Source of the DNA: Bacillota bacterium
GTDB taxonomy: Bacteria; Bacillota_I; Bacilli_A; RF39; UBA660
Reading direction: 5' to 3'
Assembly (NCBI GenBank): GCA_015059445.1
Contig: SVAK01000001.1
Span: 25,951-89,950, forward strand
Length of the DNA stretch: 64,000 nt
Shown here: piece after piece, positions 1 to 10,544 of the stretch
How the letters are laid out: every line of letters begins with the position of its first letter
How positions within the stretch are numbered: the stretch's first letter is position 1
Program-made: the position numbers and the translations under genes
Notes under the pieces: model-generated
Told to the model about the DNA's origin: nothing
What the model saw: the letters and a program-made list of their open reading frames with translations, nothing else
Databases searched by the model: none

Positions 1-1466
1 ATGATGGTAAATTATTAGGAGATTCTATTGATATAGCATTTAAGGTATTAGGGAAAAAATTAAATGTTAACAGAGAAAATATAAAGAAATTAGAAATAAT
101 ACCGTACGAATCAGAGAATAAATATTCTGCAGTCTTTTATGAGCAGGATGGGGAAGTGTATTGTACTGTTAAAGGTTCTTTAGAAAGAGTAAAAGAGTTT
201 TGCAGTAAGATTCAATTAACTAAAAAGAAAATTTCCTCTGATTTACTTGAAACTCAAAATGAAGACTTAGCCAAAGATGGATATCGAGTTATTGCGATAG
301 CAACAGGAAAGATAAAAAAACAAAAAAAATATTGTGAACGTGACATTAGAGATTTAACATTTATGGGAATGGTTGGCTTTATCGATCCAATTAGAAAAGA
401 AGTGGTATCCTCAATAAATGAATGTCGTGGCGCTGGAATTAAGGTTTTAATGATTACTGGAGATCATCCTTTAACGGCATTTTCAATTGCTAAAGAATTA
501 AATCTAACTCAAAATTATGATGATGTGACAAAAGGTTCCGAAGTAGATGAATATCTAGCTAAGGGCAAAGAAGCATTTGATAGTTTTGTGCGAGAAAAAA
601 AAGTATTTACAAGAGTTACCCCTCTTCAAAAATTAGAAATAGTTGAGTCTTTGAAAAGGCAAGGCGAGTTTGTGGCGGTTACCGGTGATGGCGTTAATGA
701 CGCTCCAGCATTAAAAGCTGCAAATATTGGGATTGCTATGGGAAGTGGTACAGATTTAGCCAGAGAATCTGCTAATATGATTGTAATAGATGATAATTTT
801 AAATCAATAGTAGCAGGTGTCAAAGAGGGAAGAATTGCATATGCCAATATTAGAAAAATAATATATTTCTTAATATCTTGTGGATTAGCTGAAGTCTTAT
901 TTTTTTGTTTAGCTATTGTTTTCGATTTATCTATGCCTTTAGTTGCAATTCAACTTTTATGGTTAAATGTTGTAACTGATAGTATTCAAACTTTTGCCTT
1001 ATCATTTGAAAAAGCCGAAGATGGTATTATGAAAGATAAACCAAGGAATCCCAAAGAACCTTTATTTGATAAAAATCTATTTCAAGAAATATTTTTTTCT
1101 GGATTAGTAATTGGATTAATTGTATTTGCTGTTTGGTATTTATTAATTAAAGGTTTAAAATTCGAAGTAGAAGTTGCTAGAGGTTATATAATGGCTTTAA
1201 TGGTATTTATTCAAAATTTTCATGTATTTAATTGTCGTAGTGAAAGTAATTCGGCTTTTTCTGTACCATTAGATAACAACAAACTCATAATTATAGCATT
1301 TTTAAGTTCCATAATAATTCAATTTATTGTGATGGAAATCCCTTTTTTTACTCAATTTTTACAAACATCATCCATTCCATTGGTAGAATTAATATATTTA
1401 TTTGTTGTATCTATATTTGTTTTAATTATTGTAGAATTTTATAAAAATATAAAATATAAAAACTAA
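1..1466 (+). CDS. Cation-transporting P-type ATPase (P2-type), C-terminal part; the 5' end lies outside the window
   Basis: Frame 3 is open from position 3. It shows an IPYESENKYSAV-like phosphorylation-domain segment, the hinge motif TGDGVNDAPALKAANIGIAMG and C-terminal TM helices. The ORF-track Met at 156 is internal. Confidence 0.85.
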   Translation, partial: DGKLLGDSIDIAFKVLGKKLNVNRENIKKLEIIPYESENKYSAVFYEQDGEVYCTVKGSLERVKEFCSKIQLTKKKISSDLLETQNEDLAKDGYRVIAIATGKIKKQKKYCERDIRDLTFMGMVGFIDPIRKEVVSSINECRGAGIKVLMITGDHPLTAFSIAKELNLTQNYDDVTKGSEVDEYLAKGKEAFDSFVREKKVFTRVTPLQKLEIVESLKRQGEFVAVTGDGVNDAPALKAANIGIAMGSGTDLARESANMIVIDDNFKSIVAGVKEGRIAYANIRKIIYFLISCGLAEVLFFCLAIVFDLSMPLVAIQLLWLNVVTDSIQTFALSFEKAEDGIMKDKPRNPKEPLFDKNLFQEIFFSGLVIGLIVFAVWYLLIKGLKFEVEVARGYIMALMVFIQNFHVFNCRSESNSAFSVPLDNNKLIIIAFLSSIIIQFIVMEIPFFTQFLQTSSIPLVELIYLFVVSIFVLIIVEFYKNIKYKN

Positions 1467-1502
1467 ATGGCAAATCACACATAAAATATATTGGTGATAT
1501 AA

Positions 1503-1775
1503 ATGTATACATTACAAGATGCTTTTTATGCAGCATCAGTATTAAATGTTAATTTTGACAAGTTTAGTCCTGAAGAATTTTTAGAAGGAATTAATATTGA
1601 ACTGGAACATGGATTGGTTAATTCTATGACAAATGTAACTAATAACAATTTAATCTTAACTGCTAAAATAGCCTTAGCTCATTTAAATGAATTTCCTAAT
1701 TATTATAATCCTGATTACGGATTAAAAAATTTTGAAAAGTTTTTAAAAAGTAAAATTATTAATAATTCTAATTAA
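1503..1775 (+). CDS. Hypothetical protein (90 aa)
   Basis: ORF with an ATG start shortly after an AT-rich gap. No motif recognised. Confidence 0.35.
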   Translation: MYTLQDAFYAASVLNVNFDKFSPEEFLEGINIELEHGLVNSMTNVTNNNLILTAKIALAHLNEFPNYYNPDYGLKNFEKFLKSKIINNSN

Positions 1776-1811
1776 TATGTTATAATCTTTATAAGAATTA
1801 GTGGTGATGTT

Positions 1812-2531
1812 ATGGCAAAAAGAAAAAAGAGTGATAAAAGTATAAAAGTAACAATTATTTTATTGTTACTTTTTGCTTGCTATAATACATATAAAGATGA
1901 AATTACTAGTTTTTTAAATAGTTACGCTTACAAAAATATCTCTTATAATCTAGATGAAATACCAGAATATAATGGAGATGCTTTTGTAATCATTAATAAT
2001 AACGAACCTAATTTAAAGATAGAAGAAGGAAGCAAAGAAAGTTTTGAGTTTTATAGCTCACAAGATTTATTAGGTAGAAGTGGAGTTGCGTTTGCAAATA
2101 TTGGCATTGATTTGATGCCAAATGAAGAAAGAGGCAGTATAGGTAGTATTAAACCTACTGGGTGGCATACAATAAAATATGATATTGTAGAAGGTAAATA
2201 TTTATATAATAGATGTCATCTTATAGGGCATCAATTATCTGGTGAAAATGCTAACCCGGAAAATCTAATTACTTGTACAAGGCAAATGAATGTTGAAGGA
2301 ATGTTAACTTTTGAAAATATGGTAGCAGAATATGTTGAAGAGACTAAAAATCATGTTTTATATCGAGTAACACCTATATATGAAGGTGACAATTTACTTG
2401 CAAGCGGGGTTCAAATGGAAGCTTTATCGGTTGAAGATAATGGTGAAGGGATAAAATTTAATGTTTACGTTTATAATGTTCAAGATGGAGTAAAAATAGA
2501 CTATAGTAACGGCGAAAGCGCTTTGAAGTAA
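1812..2531 (+). CDS. Secreted or membrane-anchored DNA/RNA non-specific endonuclease-like protein (NucA/EndA-like)
   Basis: N-terminal Lys-rich segment followed by a TM/signal segment. NRCHLIGHQLSG resembles the DRGH active-site motif of the Endonuclease_NS family. Confidence 0.45.
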   Translation: MAKRKKSDKSIKVTIILLLLFACYNTYKDEITSFLNSYAYKNISYNLDEIPEYNGDAFVIINNNEPNLKIEEGSKESFEFYSSQDLLGRSGVAFANIGIDLMPNEERGSIGSIKPTGWHTIKYDIVEGKYLYNRCHLIGHQLSGENANPENLITCTRQMNVEGMLTFENMVAEYVEETKNHVLYRVTPIYEGDNLLASGVQMEALSVEDNGEGIKFNVYVYNVQDGVKIDYSNGESALK

Positions 2532-2550
2532 CGAATTGATTAAAAAAGTG

Positions 2551-2578
2551 TTGACAAATTCCAAAATTGTGCTAGAAT
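2551..2578 (+). promoter_or_regulatory. Sigma-A-like promoter: TTGACA-16-TGcTAGAAT (extended -10)
   Basis: -35 TTGACA at 2551-2556. TG at 2570-2571 and -10 TAGAAT at 2573-2578. It lies about 30 nt upstream of the RBS AAGGGGAGGA (2591-2600) and ATG 2608. Confidence 0.5.
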
Positions 2579-2607
2579 ATATAACCAATCAAGGGGAGGA
2601 AATTTTT

Positions 2608-2904
2608 ATGCAAAGAAATGTTATGAATAGTTTTGGTAGTGGTACTTGTGCTGAACGAGGTTATGTTTGTGATATAGAACCAAAATTTATATCGGATATA
2701 AGAAGAGTAATAGATCCAAAAACTGGCGCTGTTATTGAACAATATCAACAATGTCAAGCATTTTATCAATGTAAACATTGTCTCAGAACTATACAAGTTG
2801 GAACTAAAATTACTAGTGTCGATGAAATAGTTACGTTTGAAACACTTGACCAAGAACGTAAAGCAGCACAACAAGCTGAACAACAACCAACTAGTAGAAG
2901 ATAA
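2608..2904 (+). CDS. Small Cys-rich hypothetical protein (98 aa), possible metal-binding
   Basis: ATG at 2608 is preceded by a strong RBS. The ORF-track start at 2536 would run through the promoter. Cys pairs: CAERGYVC and CQAFYQCKHC. Confidence 0.5.
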   Translation: MQRNVMNSFGSGTCAERGYVCDIEPKFISDIRRVIDPKTGAVIEQYQQCQAFYQCKHCLRTIQVGTKITSVDEIVTFETLDQERKAAQQAEQQPTSRR

Positions 2905-3064
2905 AAAATAAGAAAAGGAGTATTGATTATAATACTTCTTTTTTTTGCATTTTTTCATAAAACTATCACAAAAAAAGTTTAAAATTAGTAATATTTGAAA
3001 TTAGTTGAAATATGTATTAAATATTGATAAAATCAATTATTAGTAGAAAAGAGAGTGTATTTCC

Positions 3065-4828
3065 ATGTTCAAGTTATTTAAAAAACCAGGTAAAAAACAA
3101 CTTGTTTATGCATTAATTTGCGTGACATTTATTTCCTTAAATGTTTATTTAGAGCTAAAAATACCAGATTATATGTCAGAAATAACTGTTTTAGTTCAAA
3201 CAGAAGGAAGTAAAATGATTGATATATTAAAAGAAGGCGGCTATATGTTACTTTGTGCTTTTGGTAGTCTAATAGCCAGCGTTGTGGTAGGATATTTTGC
3301 TTCTCGAGTTGCAGCATATTTTGGTAAAATTACTAGAAAAAGTGTTTTTGAAAAAGTCGGGAAATTTAGTACAGAAGAAATAAACAAATTTTCAACAAGT
3401 AGTTTAATTACAAGAACCACAAATGATGTTACCCAAGTACAAATGCTTATTGCGATGGGTCTTCAAGCAATGATTAAGGCGCCGATTATGGCTACATGGG
3501 CTATAATTAAAATATCTGGTAAAAACTCATCTTGGAGTATAGCTACAGCAGTTGGTGTTGTCATACTTTTAATAACAATATCAATTATTATGTCACTGGT
3601 ATTTCCAAAATTTAAATTAGTTCAAAAGTTAACGGATAATTTAAATAGAATAACTAGAGAAAATTTGACAGGTATTAGAGTCATAAGAGCATTTAACGCT
3701 GAAGGTTATCAACAAAAAAAATTCGAAAATGCCAATGAAGAATTGAAAAATCTTCAATTGTTTAATCAAAAGACAATGGGATTCTTATCTCCTGTTATGT
3801 CATTAGTATCATCAGGCCTTTCTTTAGCAATATATTTTATTGGAGCTATTTTAATTAATGAAGCTAATATGTTAGATAAATTAACATTGTTTGGGGACAT
3901 GGTGGTTTTCTCATCATATGCTATGCAAGTAATAATGTCATTTATGATTTTAATTATGATATTTATTATGTTTCCGAGAGCATCCATATCGGCTAAAAGA
4001 ATATTAGAGGTTTTAGAAACCAATGAAAAAATAACTGATGGCGATATTTTAGAAGGAAAAGAAAAAGGCACAGTAGAATTTAAAAATGTTTCCTTTAAAT
4101 ACCCTGATGCAGAAGAATATATGTTAAAAAATATTTCTTTTAAGGCGAATAAAGGAGAAACTATTGCTTTTATTGGTTCAACTGGTAGTGGTAAAAGTAC
4201 TCTAATTAACTTAGTGCCAAGATTTTATGATGCAACTGAAGGCGAAGTCTTAGTTGATGGTGTGAATGTTAAGGACTATAAAATAGAGGCTTTGAATAAT
4301 ATTATTGGTTATGTTCCCCAAAAAGCAGTTATGTTTAGTGGAACAGTTAATGAAAATGTTAGTTATGGAAATAATGCAAAAGGTAAACCATCACAAGAAA
4401 AAATAAAAGAAGCAGTTAAAGTAGCCCAAGGTGTTGATTTTGTTGAAAAGATGGAAAATCAATATGATGCTATGATTGCTCGTGGTGGCACAAATATTTC
4501 TGGTGGTCAAAAACAAAGACTAGCAATTGCGAGAGCCATTGCTAGGGATCCTGAGATTTATATTTTTGATGATTCATTTAGTGCACTTGATTATAAAACG
4601 GATTTTATATTGAGAAAAGAGTTGAAAAAATATACCAAAGATGCAACTTCTTTAATTGTAGCTCAGAGAGTTGGAACAATTAAAGAAGCGGATAAAATAT
4701 TTGTTTTAGATGAAGGGAATTTAGTCGGAGCTGGTACTCACAAAGAATTATTAAAGTCCTGTGAAATATATAGAGAAATTGCTTTATCACAATTAGGAGA
4801 GGAGGAGTTAGAAAATGAATCCAGGTAG
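3065..4828 (+). CDS. ABC transporter, fused permease/ATP-binding subunit (exporter-type half-transporter 1)
   Basis: Six-TM N-terminal domain. Walker A GSTGSGKST, signature LSGGQKQRLAIARA and Walker B IYIFDD. Confidence 0.9.
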   Translation: MFKLFKKPGKKQLVYALICVTFISLNVYLELKIPDYMSEITVLVQTEGSKMIDILKEGGYMLLCAFGSLIASVVVGYFASRVAAYFGKITRKSVFEKVGKFSTEEINKFSTSSLITRTTNDVTQVQMLIAMGLQAMIKAPIMATWAIIKISGKNSSWSIATAVGVVILLITISIIMSLVFPKFKLVQKLTDNLNRITRENLTGIRVIRAFNAEGYQQKKFENANEELKNLQLFNQKTMGFLSPVMSLVSSGLSLAIYFIGAILINEANMLDKLTLFGDMVVFSSYAMQVIMSFMILIMIFIMFPRASISAKRILEVLETNEKITDGDILEGKEKGTVEFKNVSFKYPDAEEYMLKNISFKANKGETIAFIGSTGSGKSTLINLVPRFYDATEGEVLVDGVNVKDYKIEALNNIIGYVPQKAVMFSGTVNENVSYGNNAKGKPSQEKIKEAVKVAQGVDFVEKMENQYDAMIARGGTNISGGQKQRLAIARAIARDPEIYIFDDSFSALDYKTDFILRKELKKYTKDATSLIVAQRVGTIKEADKIFVLDEGNLVGAGTHKELLKSCEIYREIALSQLGEEELENESR

Positions 4829-6611
4829 AAGAGGAATGAATTCTTCCGAAAAAGCTAAAGATTTCAAAAAATCGATGTTTAACTTAATAAGTTACTGTAA
4901 GCCATATTTAATTCCTATACTTGCTGCAGTCGTGCTTGCTATGGTTAGTGCAATCTTATCAATTATTGGTCCCGATAAATTAAAGGATATTACTAATTTA
5001 ATTACTGAGGGTCTTATGCTTGGTATTAATATGAATGAAATAAAAAAAGTTGCAATTACATTAATTATCATTTATGTAACTAGTGCTATATTTGGTTATG
5101 TTCAGCATTATATAATGGCTGTTGTTACTAATAAATTTTCTAAACAATTAAGAAAAGAAATAACAGAAAAAATAAATAACATGCCACTTAAATATTTTGA
5201 TAAAAATAGTTATGGTGATATTTTATCTAGGGTAACAAACGATGTTGATACTTTAAGTCAAACATTAAATCAAAGCTTAGGAACCCTTGTTAGTGCAATT
5301 ACATTATTAATTGGGTCTGTTTTTATGATGATTATAACTAACGGAATAATGGCAATAACTGCAATGGTATCAAGTATTATTGGTTTTGTATTTTTGTTTG
5401 TAATTATTGCTCGAAGTCAAAAATACTTTGGTTTGCTTCAAAAAGAAATTGGTGAATTAAATGGTCATATTGAAGAAATGTATTCAGGTCATAATGTAGT
5501 AAGGGTATATAATGGTACTAAAATCGCTAATTTAGAATTTGATGAAATAAATAATAGATTGTCTGATAATGTTAGAAAGAGCCAGTTTTTATCGGGACTT
5601 ATGCATCCAATTATGGGATTTATTGGTAACTTTGGATATGTATCTGTATGCATAGTAGGAGCACTTTTAACAATGAATAATGTTATAGACTTTGGGGTAA
5701 TTGTAGCATTTATGTTGTATGTCAGATTATTTACTCAACCATTATCTCAAATAGCGCAGGCTTTATCTAGTCTTCAATCATGTGCAGCATCTTCTGAAAG
5801 AGTTTTTGAATTTTTAGATGAAGAAGAAATGAGTAACGAAAATAGTTTTACAAAAAAACTCTTAAGAAATGAAGTTAAAGGTGAAATAGAATTTAAACAT
5901 GTGAAATTTGGATATGATAAGAATAAAATCATAATTAAAGATTTTAATGTTTCGGTTAAACCTGGGCAAAAAATAGCTATTGTTGGTCCAACAGGAGCAG
6001 GTAAAACAACAATGGTCAATTTACTTATGAAGTTTTATGAAATTAATGATGGGGATATTTTGATAGATGGCATTTCTACAAAAGAATTAACACGCAAAAA
6101 TATCCATGATTTATTTATAATGGTTTTACAAGACACTTGGGTATTTGAAGGAACTATTAAAGAAAACATAAAGTATAATAAGAAAAATATTTCGGATGAT
6201 AGAGTTAAAGAAGTTTGTAAAATAGTTGGTCTTCATCATTTTATCAAAACATTACCAAATGGTTATGATACAATATTGACTGATAACGATTCATTATCTT
6301 CTGGACAAAAACAATTATTAACTATAGCAAGAGGAATGGTTGAAGATGCACCTTTCTTGATTTTAGATGAAGCTACTAGTAGTGTTGATACTAGAACAGA
6401 GGAACTAGTTCAAAAAGCAATGGATAAATTAACAGAAGGAAGAACGTCTTTTATCATTGCTCACCGATTATCAACCATTAAAAATGCTGATCTAATATTA
6501 TTGATGCAAGATGGGAATATTGCGGAACAAGGAAGTCACAAAGAACTTCTCAAACTTAATGAAAAATATGCAGAATTATATAATTCACAATTTGAAAAAA
6601 TGGAAAGTTGA
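4815..6611 (+). CDS. ABC transporter, fused permease/ATP-binding subunit (half-transporter 2; heterodimer partner)
   Basis: Overlaps the upstream gene by 14 nt. TM domain, Walker A GPTGAGKTT, signature LSSGQKQLLTIARG and Walker B FLILDEATS. Confidence 0.9.
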   Translation: MNPGRRGMNSSEKAKDFKKSMFNLISYCKPYLIPILAAVVLAMVSAILSIIGPDKLKDITNLITEGLMLGINMNEIKKVAITLIIIYVTSAIFGYVQHYIMAVVTNKFSKQLRKEITEKINNMPLKYFDKNSYGDILSRVTNDVDTLSQTLNQSLGTLVSAITLLIGSVFMMIITNGIMAITAMVSSIIGFVFLFVIIARSQKYFGLLQKEIGELNGHIEEMYSGHNVVRVYNGTKIANLEFDEINNRLSDNVRKSQFLSGLMHPIMGFIGNFGYVSVCIVGALLTMNNVIDFGVIVAFMLYVRLFTQPLSQIAQALSSLQSCAASSERVFEFLDEEEMSNENSFTKKLLRNEVKGEIEFKHVKFGYDKNKIIIKDFNVSVKPGQKIAIVGPTGAGKTTMVNLLMKFYEINDGDILIDGISTKELTRKNIHDLFIMVLQDTWVFEGTIKENIKYNKKNISDDRVKEVCKIVGLHHFIKTLPNGYDTILTDNDSLSSGQKQLLTIARGMVEDAPFLILDEATSSVDTRTEELVQKAMDKLTEGRTSFIIAHRLSTIKNADLILLMQDGNIAEQGSHKELLKLNEKYAELYNSQFEKMES

Positions 6612-6662
6612 TAAAAACTTTTCTTTTTTTGAAAAAAATTATATATACAATGTGACTATTTT

Positions 6663-6685
6663 GAAGATAAAAATCTTCTTTTTTT
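6663..6685 (+). terminator. Rho-independent terminator
   Basis: Stem GAAGAT (6663-6668), loop AAAA, stem ATCTTC (6673-6678), then a run of seven T. Confidence 0.55.
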
Positions 6686-6729
6686 ATATAATAAATATGG
6701 TAAAATATAAATAAAAGCGGAGGTATCAT

Positions 6730-7923
6730 ATGAGTAAAATAGTAGTAGTTGGGGCTGGGGCCTCTGGAATCATAGCAGCTTTAAAAGCATCTTTAAATAA
6801 TGAAGTTATATTAATTGATGGAAATGATAAGTGTGGAAAAAAAATATTAGTAACTGGTAATGGTAAATGCAATTACTGGAATGAATCCATTAATGTTAAT
6901 AATTATTTTACTAATGATACTAAAAGATTAGATTGCATTTTAGAAAATAAAAATGAAGTATTAGACTATTTATATAGCATCGGAATTTATCCTAAAGTAA
7001 AAAATGGTTATTATTATCCTGCATCTAACCTTGCTGCAAGTATAAGAAAAATATTTGTTAATGAACTTACTAGATGTAATGTAAAAACGCTTTATGATAG
7101 CAGAGTAATAAATATAAAAAAATTGGATAACAAATTTATTATAGAAACTCCGAAAGAAACACTAAAAGCTGACAAAGTAATTATTGCTACTGGTTCAAAA
7201 GCTTTTCCTAAAACAGGAAGCGATGGATTTGGCTACGATGCGGCAAAAAAATTAGGACATAAAATCAATCAAGTTCTACCTGCCTTAGTTGGTTTACAAA
7301 CAAATGATATAAATATAAAAGAATGGGCTGGAGTAAGAAGCGATGCTTCGGTAAGTTTATATGTTGACAATCAAAGATTAACAGAAGAATTTGGGGAAAT
7401 TCAACTGACTGAAAATGGCATAAGTGGAATATGTACATTTAATATATCTGGATTAATTTCCAAAGCATTATATAATAAGAAAAAAGTTATAGTTAGAATA
7501 AATTTTGTACCTGCGATAAATAATTTTGCTGATTTTTTTGATAAACGTAATAGCGAGCTTAAAAACAGAACGATTGAAGAATTGCTTGAAAGTATTTTAA
7601 ATTATAAATTAACTTCAGTAATATTAAAAAAATCAAATATAAAAAATAATAGTTATTGGAATGATTTAAATAGACTTGAAAAAGAAATGTTAATAAGAAA
7701 TATAGAAAATTTTGAACTTAATATTAGTGAAACTAATTCATATGATAAAGCACAAGTGTGTACTGGTGGCATTCCATTAAATGAAGTAAGCAATAATATG
7801 GAATCAATATATTGTAAAGATTTATATTTTGTTGGAGAATTGCTTGATGTTGATGGTAAATGCGGCGGCTTTAATTTAGCATTTGCTTTTATTACGGGCT
7901 ATATTGCAGGAAGTAGTGTGTAA
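6730..7923 (+). CDS. HI0933/BaiN-family NAD(FAD)-utilising flavoprotein (aminoacetone-oxidase-like)
   Basis: N-terminal dinucleotide fold VVVGAGASGIIAA. C-terminal GGFNLAFAFITGYIAG is typical of the family. RBS GGAGG precedes the ATG. Confidence 0.8.
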   Translation: MSKIVVVGAGASGIIAALKASLNNEVILIDGNDKCGKKILVTGNGKCNYWNESINVNNYFTNDTKRLDCILENKNEVLDYLYSIGIYPKVKNGYYYPASNLAASIRKIFVNELTRCNVKTLYDSRVINIKKLDNKFIIETPKETLKADKVIIATGSKAFPKTGSDGFGYDAAKKLGHKINQVLPALVGLQTNDINIKEWAGVRSDASVSLYVDNQRLTEEFGEIQLTENGISGICTFNISGLISKALYNKKKVIVRINFVPAINNFADFFDKRNSELKNRTIEELLESILNYKLTSVILKKSNIKNNSYWNDLNRLEKEMLIRNIENFELNISETNSYDKAQVCTGGIPLNEVSNNMESIYCKDLYFVGELLDVDGKCGGFNLAFAFITGYIAGSSV

Positions 7924-7924
7924 T

Positions 7925-9511
7925 ATGCTAAAAGTAAGACAAATAAAAGTTGATGTTTTAGCGGATAATGATTTGAATAGATTTAATGCGCTATTAAAAA
8001 AGATAAAATTAAAAAAAGAAGAGATATTAAGATATGAAATAACAAAACAATCGCTTGATGCTAGAGATAAAGAAAATATTTTTTATGTATATGAAATGAT
8101 TGTTGAAATAATTAATGAAGAAAAATATTTGCAAAAGAATAAAAATAAAGATATATCATTTTATGTAGAAGAACATTATATATATAAATTTAATGGTAAT
8201 AAAAAACTAAATAGTAATATTGTTATTGTTGGAAGTGGACCGGCTGGGTTGTTTGCAGCCTATATTTTAGCTGAAAATGGCTATAAACCGATTATAATTG
8301 AACGTGGAAAGAAAATAGAAGAACGGGTTAAAGACGTTGAAAATTTTTGGAATAATAATAAACTATTGTTAAATTCTAATGTTCAGTTTGGTGAAGGTGG
8401 AGCTGGAACATTTTCTGATGGAAAACTAAATACATTAATCAAAGATAGATATAATAGAATGAAAAAAGTATTTAATACTTTTGTAGAGTGTGGAGCACCT
8501 AAAGATATTTTATATAGTTATAAACCTCATATTGGAACAGATAAGTTACGAGAAGTTATTATAAATATACGAAATAAAATAATTGAGATGGGCGGTTGTT
8601 TTTTATATGAAACTATTGTCACAAATTTAATTATCGAAGAGAATGAACTAAAAAAAATAGTAGTTAATGATAATGAAGAAATTTTATGTGATGCTTTAGT
8701 TTTAGCAATTGGTCATTCGGCTCGTGATACATTTGAGATGCTTCAAAAAAATAATATAGAAATTGCAAATAAGCCTTTTGCAGTGGGACTAAGAATTCAA
8801 CATAATCAAAAAATGATAAATGAATCTCAATGTGGTAAAAAATATGCTAATATTTTAGGGGCAAGTTCGTATAAATTAACTCATCAAACATCTTGTGGTA
8901 GAGGAGTTTATACATTTTGTATGTGTCCCGGTGGCTTTGTTGTGAATGCTAGTAGTGAAGATAAATATTTAGTTGTAAATGGGATGAGTAATCATAGTAG
9001 AAATGAAGAAAATGCTAATAGTGCAATTATAGTCACAATTACGGAAAAAGATTATGGGACTAATATTCTAGATGGTGTAAAATATCAAAGAATGTTAGAA
9101 GAGAAAGCTTATAATCTTTGTAATGGGAAGATTCCATTACAATTATTTAAAGATTATAAAAAAAATAAGGTTAGTAAGAGTTTACAATCTGTTAATCCAG
9201 TTGTTAAAGGTGAGTATGATTTTGGTAATTTAAACGAATTGTTTTCAGATGAAATTAATAAAGCTTTGACAGAATCTATTATAGTTTTTGGGAGAAAAAT
9301 AAAAGGATTTGATAATGATGATGCAATACTCGCTGGAGTTGAAAGTAGAACTTCATCTCCGGTGAAAATAATTCGTGATGAAAATTTTGAAAGTAATATA
9401 AAAGGTATATTTCCTTGTGGTGAAGGTGCTGGATATGCTGGTGGCATAACTTCAGCTGCAGTTGACGGCATTAAAGTAGCCGAAGCCATTGGAAAAATTT
9501 ATAAAAAATAA
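7925..9511 (+). CDS. Uncharacterised FAD-dependent dehydrogenase (COG2509-like)
   Basis: IVIVGSGPAGLFAAYILAENGYKPIIIERG Rossmann motif. I prefer ATG 7925, 1 nt after the upstream stop (MLKVRQIK...). The ORF-track start at 7883 overlaps the upstream gene. Confidence 0.75.
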   Translation: MLKVRQIKVDVLADNDLNRFNALLKKIKLKKEEILRYEITKQSLDARDKENIFYVYEMIVEIINEEKYLQKNKNKDISFYVEEHYIYKFNGNKKLNSNIVIVGSGPAGLFAAYILAENGYKPIIIERGKKIEERVKDVENFWNNNKLLLNSNVQFGEGGAGTFSDGKLNTLIKDRYNRMKKVFNTFVECGAPKDILYSYKPHIGTDKLREVIINIRNKIIEMGGCFLYETIVTNLIIEENELKKIVVNDNEEILCDALVLAIGHSARDTFEMLQKNNIEIANKPFAVGLRIQHNQKMINESQCGKKYANILGASSYKLTHQTSCGRGVYTFCMCPGGFVVNASSEDKYLVVNGMSNHSRNEENANSAIIVTITEKDYGTNILDGVKYQRMLEEKAYNLCNGKIPLQLFKDYKKNKVSKSLQSVNPVVKGEYDFGNLNELFSDEINKALTESIIVFGRKIKGFDNDDAILAGVESRTSSPVKIIRDENFESNIKGIFPCGEGAGYAGGITSAAVDGIKVAEAIGKIYKK

Positions 9512-9545
9512 AAGAAGATATTTTGAAAAAAATATCTTCTTTTTG
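9512..9545. terminator. Bidirectional rho-independent terminator between convergent genes
   Basis: Perfect 13-bp inverted repeat AAGAAGATATTTT / AAAATATCTTCTT with a 4-nt loop. It is flanked by an A-run and a T-run. Confidence 0.7.
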
Positions 9546-9552
9546 TGGAAAA

Positions 9553-10488
9553 CTATTTAGTTATTAACATTTTTCCTTGATAAGTATCTCTTTTAACCAT
9601 TTCCTTGTCTATATCATTTAATAAACAGAATTTCTTCAGTAACCAATCTGGTGTTATTAATTCTTCTTTTATTGGATCGCCAGTAATTCTTTCAATAACT
9701 ATTTTTTCATCTAATAGTTCTAGTTGCTTAATGACTATATTAATATATTCTTCCTTAGTTAATATAGAAAAATTTTTTTGTTCATATATTTCTGCTAATT
9801 CGGTATTTTTAGAAATATATAACATATGAATTTTAACACCATCAACTTTCAAATCATTTAATAGCTTAATTGTATTTAGCATATCATCTTCAGTTTCGTA
9901 AGGTAGACTATTAATGATATGAGCTACTACAAATATCCCTTTTTCTTTTAACCTTTTTACAGCGTTAATAAAACACTCAACGTTATGTCCTCTTTTTATG
10001 AACTTTAAAGTGTCATTATTACTACTTTGAAGACCCAATTCAATTGTTAAAAAAGTTTTTTTATTAAGTTCTCCTAAATATTCAATTATTTCATCAGTTA
10101 AAGTATCAGGTCTAGTAGCAATAGCTAAACCAACGACTTTAGGATAGTCAAGCAAAATTTCAAATAACCTTTTTAAAGTATCAAGTGGAGCATAAGTATT
10201 AGTGCCAGCTTGAAAATATGGAATATATAAACTATTTGGCCATTTGTTTTCTAACACTTTAATATTATTTGAAAATTGTTCTTCAATAGAATCATTACTA
10301 TTAATAATATTTGCTTTACTATAATCGCTACAATAGATGCAACCATTGCCATTAATTTTGTTTGGACAACTCATATGAGCATCAAGTGGTACTTTAAAAA
10401 CTTTATTATTAAATTTAGTGCGATAAAAATAATTTAATGTATGATATCTTTTATTATCTAGACTATATTTAAACATAATCCACCTCAA
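9553..10488 (-). CDS. Radical SAM protein, TIGR01212 (YhcC-like) family
   Basis: CPNKINGNGCIYCS Cys cluster near the N-terminus, and a size and overall pattern that fit the TIGR01212 family. Confidence 0.75.
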   Translation of the reverse strand: MRWIMFKYSLDNKRYHTLNYFYRTKFNNKVFKVPLDAHMSCPNKINGNGCIYCSDYSKANIINSNDSIEEQFSNNIKVLENKWPNSLYIPYFQAGTNTYAPLDTLKRLFEILLDYPKVVGLAIATRPDTLTDEIIEYLGELNKKTFLTIELGLQSSNNDTLKFIKRGHNVECFINAVKRLKEKGIFVVAHIINSLPYETEDDMLNTIKLLNDLKVDGVKIHMLYISKNTELAEIYEQKNFSILTKEEYINIVIKQLELLDEKIVIERITGDPIKEELITPDWLLKKFCLLNDIDKEMVKRDTYQGKMLITK

Positions 10489-10544
10489 AAATAATATACA
10501 TAAGTTAAATAAATTTGTAAATAATAAGTTTGGAGGAAAATAAA

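Noticed and set aside
626-847. Short antisense ORFs inside long CDSs: 626..847, 2572..2958, 3129..3317, 3766..4071, 5774..6019, 9154..9489, 9605..9829, 17400..17771, 20053..20250, 22093..22278, 23524..23898
   Set aside because: Each is fully embedded in, or antisense to, a well-supported longer gene. The translations are low-complexity and there are no RBSs. These are typical AT-rich spurious ORFs.
2536-2607. N-terminal extension of the track ORF 2536..2904
   Set aside because: It contains a consensus -35/-10 promoter and the RBS for the ATG at 2608, so translation from 2536 is implausible.
6511-6714. 67-aa ORF overlapping the 3' end of the second ABC exporter gene and the intergenic terminator
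   Set aside because: It runs through the rho-independent terminator at 6663-6685 and has no RBS. Its Lys/Asn/Ile-rich translation is typical of AT-rich noise.
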